A program made the position numbers and the translations under genes. A model generated the notes under the pieces. It did no database searches and had not been told where the DNA came from. It worked only from the letters and a program-made list of their open reading frames with translations. This document shows, one piece after another, positions 17,237 through 19,967 of a stretch of DNA of 19,967 nucleotides. Every line of letters starts with the position of its first letter. Positions within the stretch are counted from its first letter, which is position 1. The DNA is from Chlamydiota bacterium (GTDB lineage Bacteria; Auribacterota; Tritonobacteria; UBA1439), in the NCBI GenBank assembly GCA_037133055.1, contig JBAXOY010000052.1:1-19967 (forward strand), read 5' to 3'.

Positions 17237-18175
17237 TCATTTCCCGGTCATCCGCCACTGGTCCCTTACGCTGAAACTCCGCGGGCGCCAGAACCCCGCC
17301 TGGAGCGCCCGCGCGGTGACCCGTTCCCCGTCCACCTGGACCTGCACGATCGTGCGGGTCATCCCCGGGCCGACGGCGCCGTCTTCCACCTGCCACACCC
17401 CGCCCTCCTCGTTCGGAAAAGAAGAGGTGTCGTTCGCCGCGCGCCCCCCCGGGTCGCGCACGCGCATCCGGTAGTAGCGGTGGATATGCCCGGCGAAGAA
17501 CGCCCTGACCCTGTCGCGGTGCCTGACCAGCATGCGCCAGAAGGCGTCGCGCGCGCGCGGGTCCGCGTTGAACGAGCTGCTCAGGTGGCGGTAGCGGGGG
17601 AAGGCGGGCTCGTGGGAAAAAATGAATATGTGCGCGACCGACGGGGGCGCAGATACGATCGCCCGCTCGACCCATCCCCTGCCCGCGGCGTTGATGACCC
17701 CCTTGTACCCGAGCTCCGTGTACGCGTCGACCACAATGAAGCGCGCGTTGCGGTGGTCGAGGTAAAAGTCGCACGAACCGGCGTGGCGCCTGACCGCGCC
17801 GGGGAGCGCGGGGATGATCGTGTCCCGGACGTACCCGAGCTCGTCGGGCTCGTTTTCGTCGCTGTGGTTTCCGATCACCGGCAGGAAGAGGGGCCGCGTG
17901 GCGTGGGAGGAAAAAACATCCAGGAACACCCGGAAGTGCGGAGGGGCCGGGCCCATATCGCCGGCCACGGCGACGAGCTCGACGGGGCTGAACGGGGGCG
18001 GGGGGTTCGCCCGCGCGTCGCGCATCTCCTCCAGCGCGGCCCTCCAGACGGAGCCCGCGCCGTGCGGGTCGGAGACCACGGCGAAGCTCCAGCCGTGGGC
18101 GGGCTGCGCCGCGGGAGCGGGAACAGCCGTCAGGGCGGCGAGAAGCAGCACGATCAGTGATGTCGCGTAGGGCAT
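17237..18175 (-). CDS. Secreted metallophosphoesterase (calcineurin-like)
   Basis: Signal peptide; motifs SDPH, AGD, GNH, SHEP and GHIH. Confidence 0.88.
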   Translation of the reverse strand: MPYATSLIVLLLAALTAVPAPAAQPAHGWSFAVVSDPHGAGSVWRAALEEMRDARANPPPPFSPVELVAVAGDMGPAPPHFRVFLDVFSSHATRPLFLPVIGNHSDENEPDELGYVRDTIIPALPGAVRRHAGSCDFYLDHRNARFIVVDAYTELGYKGVINAAGRGWVERAIVSAPPSVAHIFIFSHEPAFPRYRHLSSSFNADPRARDAFWRMLVRHRDRVRAFFAGHIHRYYRMRVRDPGGRAANDTSSFPNEEGGVWQVEDGAVGPGMTRTIVQVQVDGERVTARALQAGFWRPRSFSVRDQWRMTGK

Positions 18176-18206
18176 CGCGGTCTATTCGGTGATGACCGGG
18201 CGGGCG

Positions 18207-18716
18207 TCAGGCACACGACCACTCGCGGTACACTATGTCCGGGACCGTGAAACGGGTGCTGCGATGATTGGCCCAGGCGATGAAATCGGGGTCTTTCGCG
18301 GCGGCGGTCGAGAGGTACTCGGGCCGCGGGGTGATGTTCACCCGCCCCAGGTCGAGCCGGTCCGCGTCCCAGCAGGTCTGCACGGTGATGTCGCCGTGGG
18401 TGAGCATCCTGGTGTGGTCCGCGCACGCGACGATCAAGAGCTTGAACGCCTCGTCCGGAAGCGTATACAGCCTGCCTCTCAAAGCCGCCGCGAGTTCCGC
18501 CCCGCGCGGCCCGTGCTCGGGGTCGCTTCCCTCGCTCTCGCGCCGCGCGTCGTGCAGCACGGCGAACAGCTCTATGATCTCGACCTTCGCCCCCGTGATC
18601 AGGGCGAGGCGAAGCCCGTTCTCGCTCACCCGCGCCCAGTGGCACACGCCGTGCGGGCCGTGCCAGCGCAGCGCGTACTGCTTCCGAATCTCCTTGATCA
18701 GCTCGCTCGTGACCAT
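18207..18716 (-). CDS. HD-domain protein, 169 aa
   Basis: HGVCHW..LHDA..ADH..WDADRLDL. Start set at the ATG at 18716, because the longer ORF runs into the divergent gene. Confidence 0.85.
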   Translation of the reverse strand: MVTSELIKEIRKQYALRWHGPHGVCHWARVSENGLRLALITGAKVEIIELFAVLHDARRESEGSDPEHGPRGAELAAALRGRLYTLPDEAFKLLIVACADHTRMLTHGDITVQTCWDADRLDLGRVNITPRPEYLSTAAAKDPDFIAWANHRSTRFTVPDIVYREWSCA

Positions 18717-18836
18717 CGGATCGCGCCCCCCGCGGCAGGACACGACGCCCCCGCGACATGAAAGTATCGCACAAATCCGGCGCGCCGGGGCGAAAAATAG
18801 GGTTGAAAAATCAGATGCTTCCGCATATCCGCTTCG

Positions 18837-18845
18837 TGCTATACT
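18837..18845 (+). promoter_or_regulatory. Putative extended -10 promoter element
   Basis: TGcTATACT, 37 bp upstream of the ATG at 18883. Confidence 0.45.
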
Positions 18846-18882
18846 CTGCCCCTCGCGTCGTGCTTCACCGGAGAGGACTATC

Positions 18883-19967
18883 ATGAAACCGTCCACGCTG
18901 CGGATCGTCGCGGCGATCGGCCTCGTTTCGGCGGGGTCGCTCCTCCTCGAGCTCACCTTCGTCAGGGTCTTCTCGTTCCTCTTCTTCGCGCACTACGCGT
19001 TCCTGATCATCTCGACCGCGCTCTTCGGGCTCGGCCTCGCGGGCGTCGTGTTGAACATCCGGGGCATCCCCGAGGGGCGGGCGGCCGTGCGCGCGATGCG
19101 AAACGCGGCTGTCGCGTTCGCGGGGATCACGGTGCTCGCGATGATCTTCGCGCACGTCTCGCCGGTGAAGGTCTCCCAGGCGCTGAACGGCCAGACCGTG
19201 CAGCTCATCTACCTTCTCGTCTATTACGTGGTCATCGGCGCGCCGTTCTACTTCGTCGGAAGGGTCGTGAGCATCGGCCTGTCCGCGTGGAGCGATCAGG
19301 CCGACCGGCTCTATTTCGGGGACCTTCTCGGCGCCGGGGGAGGCTGCCTGCTGCTCTTCCTCTGCCTGCCCTCCCTGAAGCCGATGGGGACCTCTCTCAT
19401 AGTCGCGGCGATGGGGCTCCTCTCCGCGCTGCTCCTCTCCGACGGATGCACCCGCCTGGGCCGGGCGGCGATCGCCCTCGCCCTCCTCGCCGCGGCCGCC
19501 TGCTCCCTCGTCGCGGGGGACGTCATCCCCATGATCCCGCGCGACCACAAGCGCGTCTTCAAGAAGGACTACGCACGCGGCCGCATCAAGTGGACGCGCT
19601 GGGGCGTGCTGTCGCGCGTGGACATCGCCTTCTGGGGCGACGACCTCGCGGTGCTCTGGATCGACGGCGGAACCAACCAGTCGAGCCTTATTCGATTCTC
19701 GGGCGATTTCGCGAACGGCTTCGACAAGGCGAAGTGGGGCAGGATGCGCGACTCGCTCGTCTACCAGATCAGGGAGCCCGGGCGCGTCGCCGTCATCGGG
19801 GCGTCGGGGAGCCACGAGGTCGTCGCGGCGGCGGGGTTCGGGGCGAAGGAGGTCGTCGGCATCGAGATGGATCCGCTCGTCGCGCAAACCGTGGTGAAGG
19901 ATTACGCCGATTTCATCGGGCGTCCGTACGACCACCCGAACATCCGGATGGTCTGCGCCGAGGGGCG
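18883..19967 (+). CDS. Membrane protein fused to a spermidine-synthase-like SAM-binding domain (partial, runs off the right edge)
   Basis: Not in the ORF track. GGAGAGGA RBS. MKPSTLRIVAAIGLVSAGSLLLELTFVRVFSFLFFAHYAFLIISTALFGLGLAG..LYFGDLLGAGGG (several TMs), then WGVLSRVD, IDGG, VAVIGASGSHEV, GIEMDP and CAEG. Confidence 0.88.
   Translation, partial: MKPSTLRIVAAIGLVSAGSLLLELTFVRVFSFLFFAHYAFLIISTALFGLGLAGVVLNIRGIPEGRAAVRAMRNAAVAFAGITVLAMIFAHVSPVKVSQALNGQTVQLIYLLVYYVVIGAPFYFVGRVVSIGLSAWSDQADRLYFGDLLGAGGGCLLLFLCLPSLKPMGTSLIVAAMGLLSALLLSDGCTRLGRAAIALALLAAAACSLVAGDVIPMIPRDHKRVFKKDYARGRIKWTRWGVLSRVDIAFWGDDLAVLWIDGGTNQSSLIRFSGDFANGFDKAKWGRMRDSLVYQIREPGRVAVIGASGSHEVVAAAGFGAKEVVGIEMDPLVAQTVVKDYADFIGRPYDHPNIRMVCAEG

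Noticed and set aside
18865..19935. 356-aa minus-strand ORF
   Set aside because: Shadow of the real plus-strand membrane protein starting at 18883.
1..19967. Complete DGR, integron, prophage, defence system, IS element or riboswitch
   Set aside because: No RT, template repeat, integrase, transposase, attC array, phage or defence gene, or recognisable riboswitch core was seen by eye. A covariance-model scan was not possible.

Overview
Bacterial chromosomal window, almost entirely minus-strand genes, mixing a GC-rich backbone with lower-GC patches (GC judged by eye). In window order: a partial secreted PEGA-like protein; a class I SAM methyltransferase; a small Cys-rich protein with a strong sigma70-type promoter; an operon of MlaE, a degenerate MlaF-like ABC subunit, MlaD and a B12-binding radical SAM enzyme; a low-GC lipoprotein trio (LpoB/CsgG-like, COG3014-like TPR, Cys/His-rich); a secreted DUF1566/Lcl-like protein; a stand-alone response regulator and a PAS histidine kinase; phosphoglucomutase; an S8 serine peptidase; a K+ channel; a metallophosphoesterase; an HD protein; and a partial plus-strand membrane/spermidine-synthase-like protein missing from the ORF track. 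No rRNA, tRNA, CRISPR array, transposase, integrase or reverse transcriptase was recognised. Most notable: (1) a ~115-aa module I cannot assign to a family, ~50% identical between the C-terminus of the S8 peptidase and the N-terminus of the DUF1566-like protein, a candidate surface display/docking module; (2) an Mla-type ABC subunit with all ATPase motifs eroded; (3) possible DGR-target traits at the 3' end of the DUF1566-like gene; (4) a truncated receiver-domain remnant just after the kinase.
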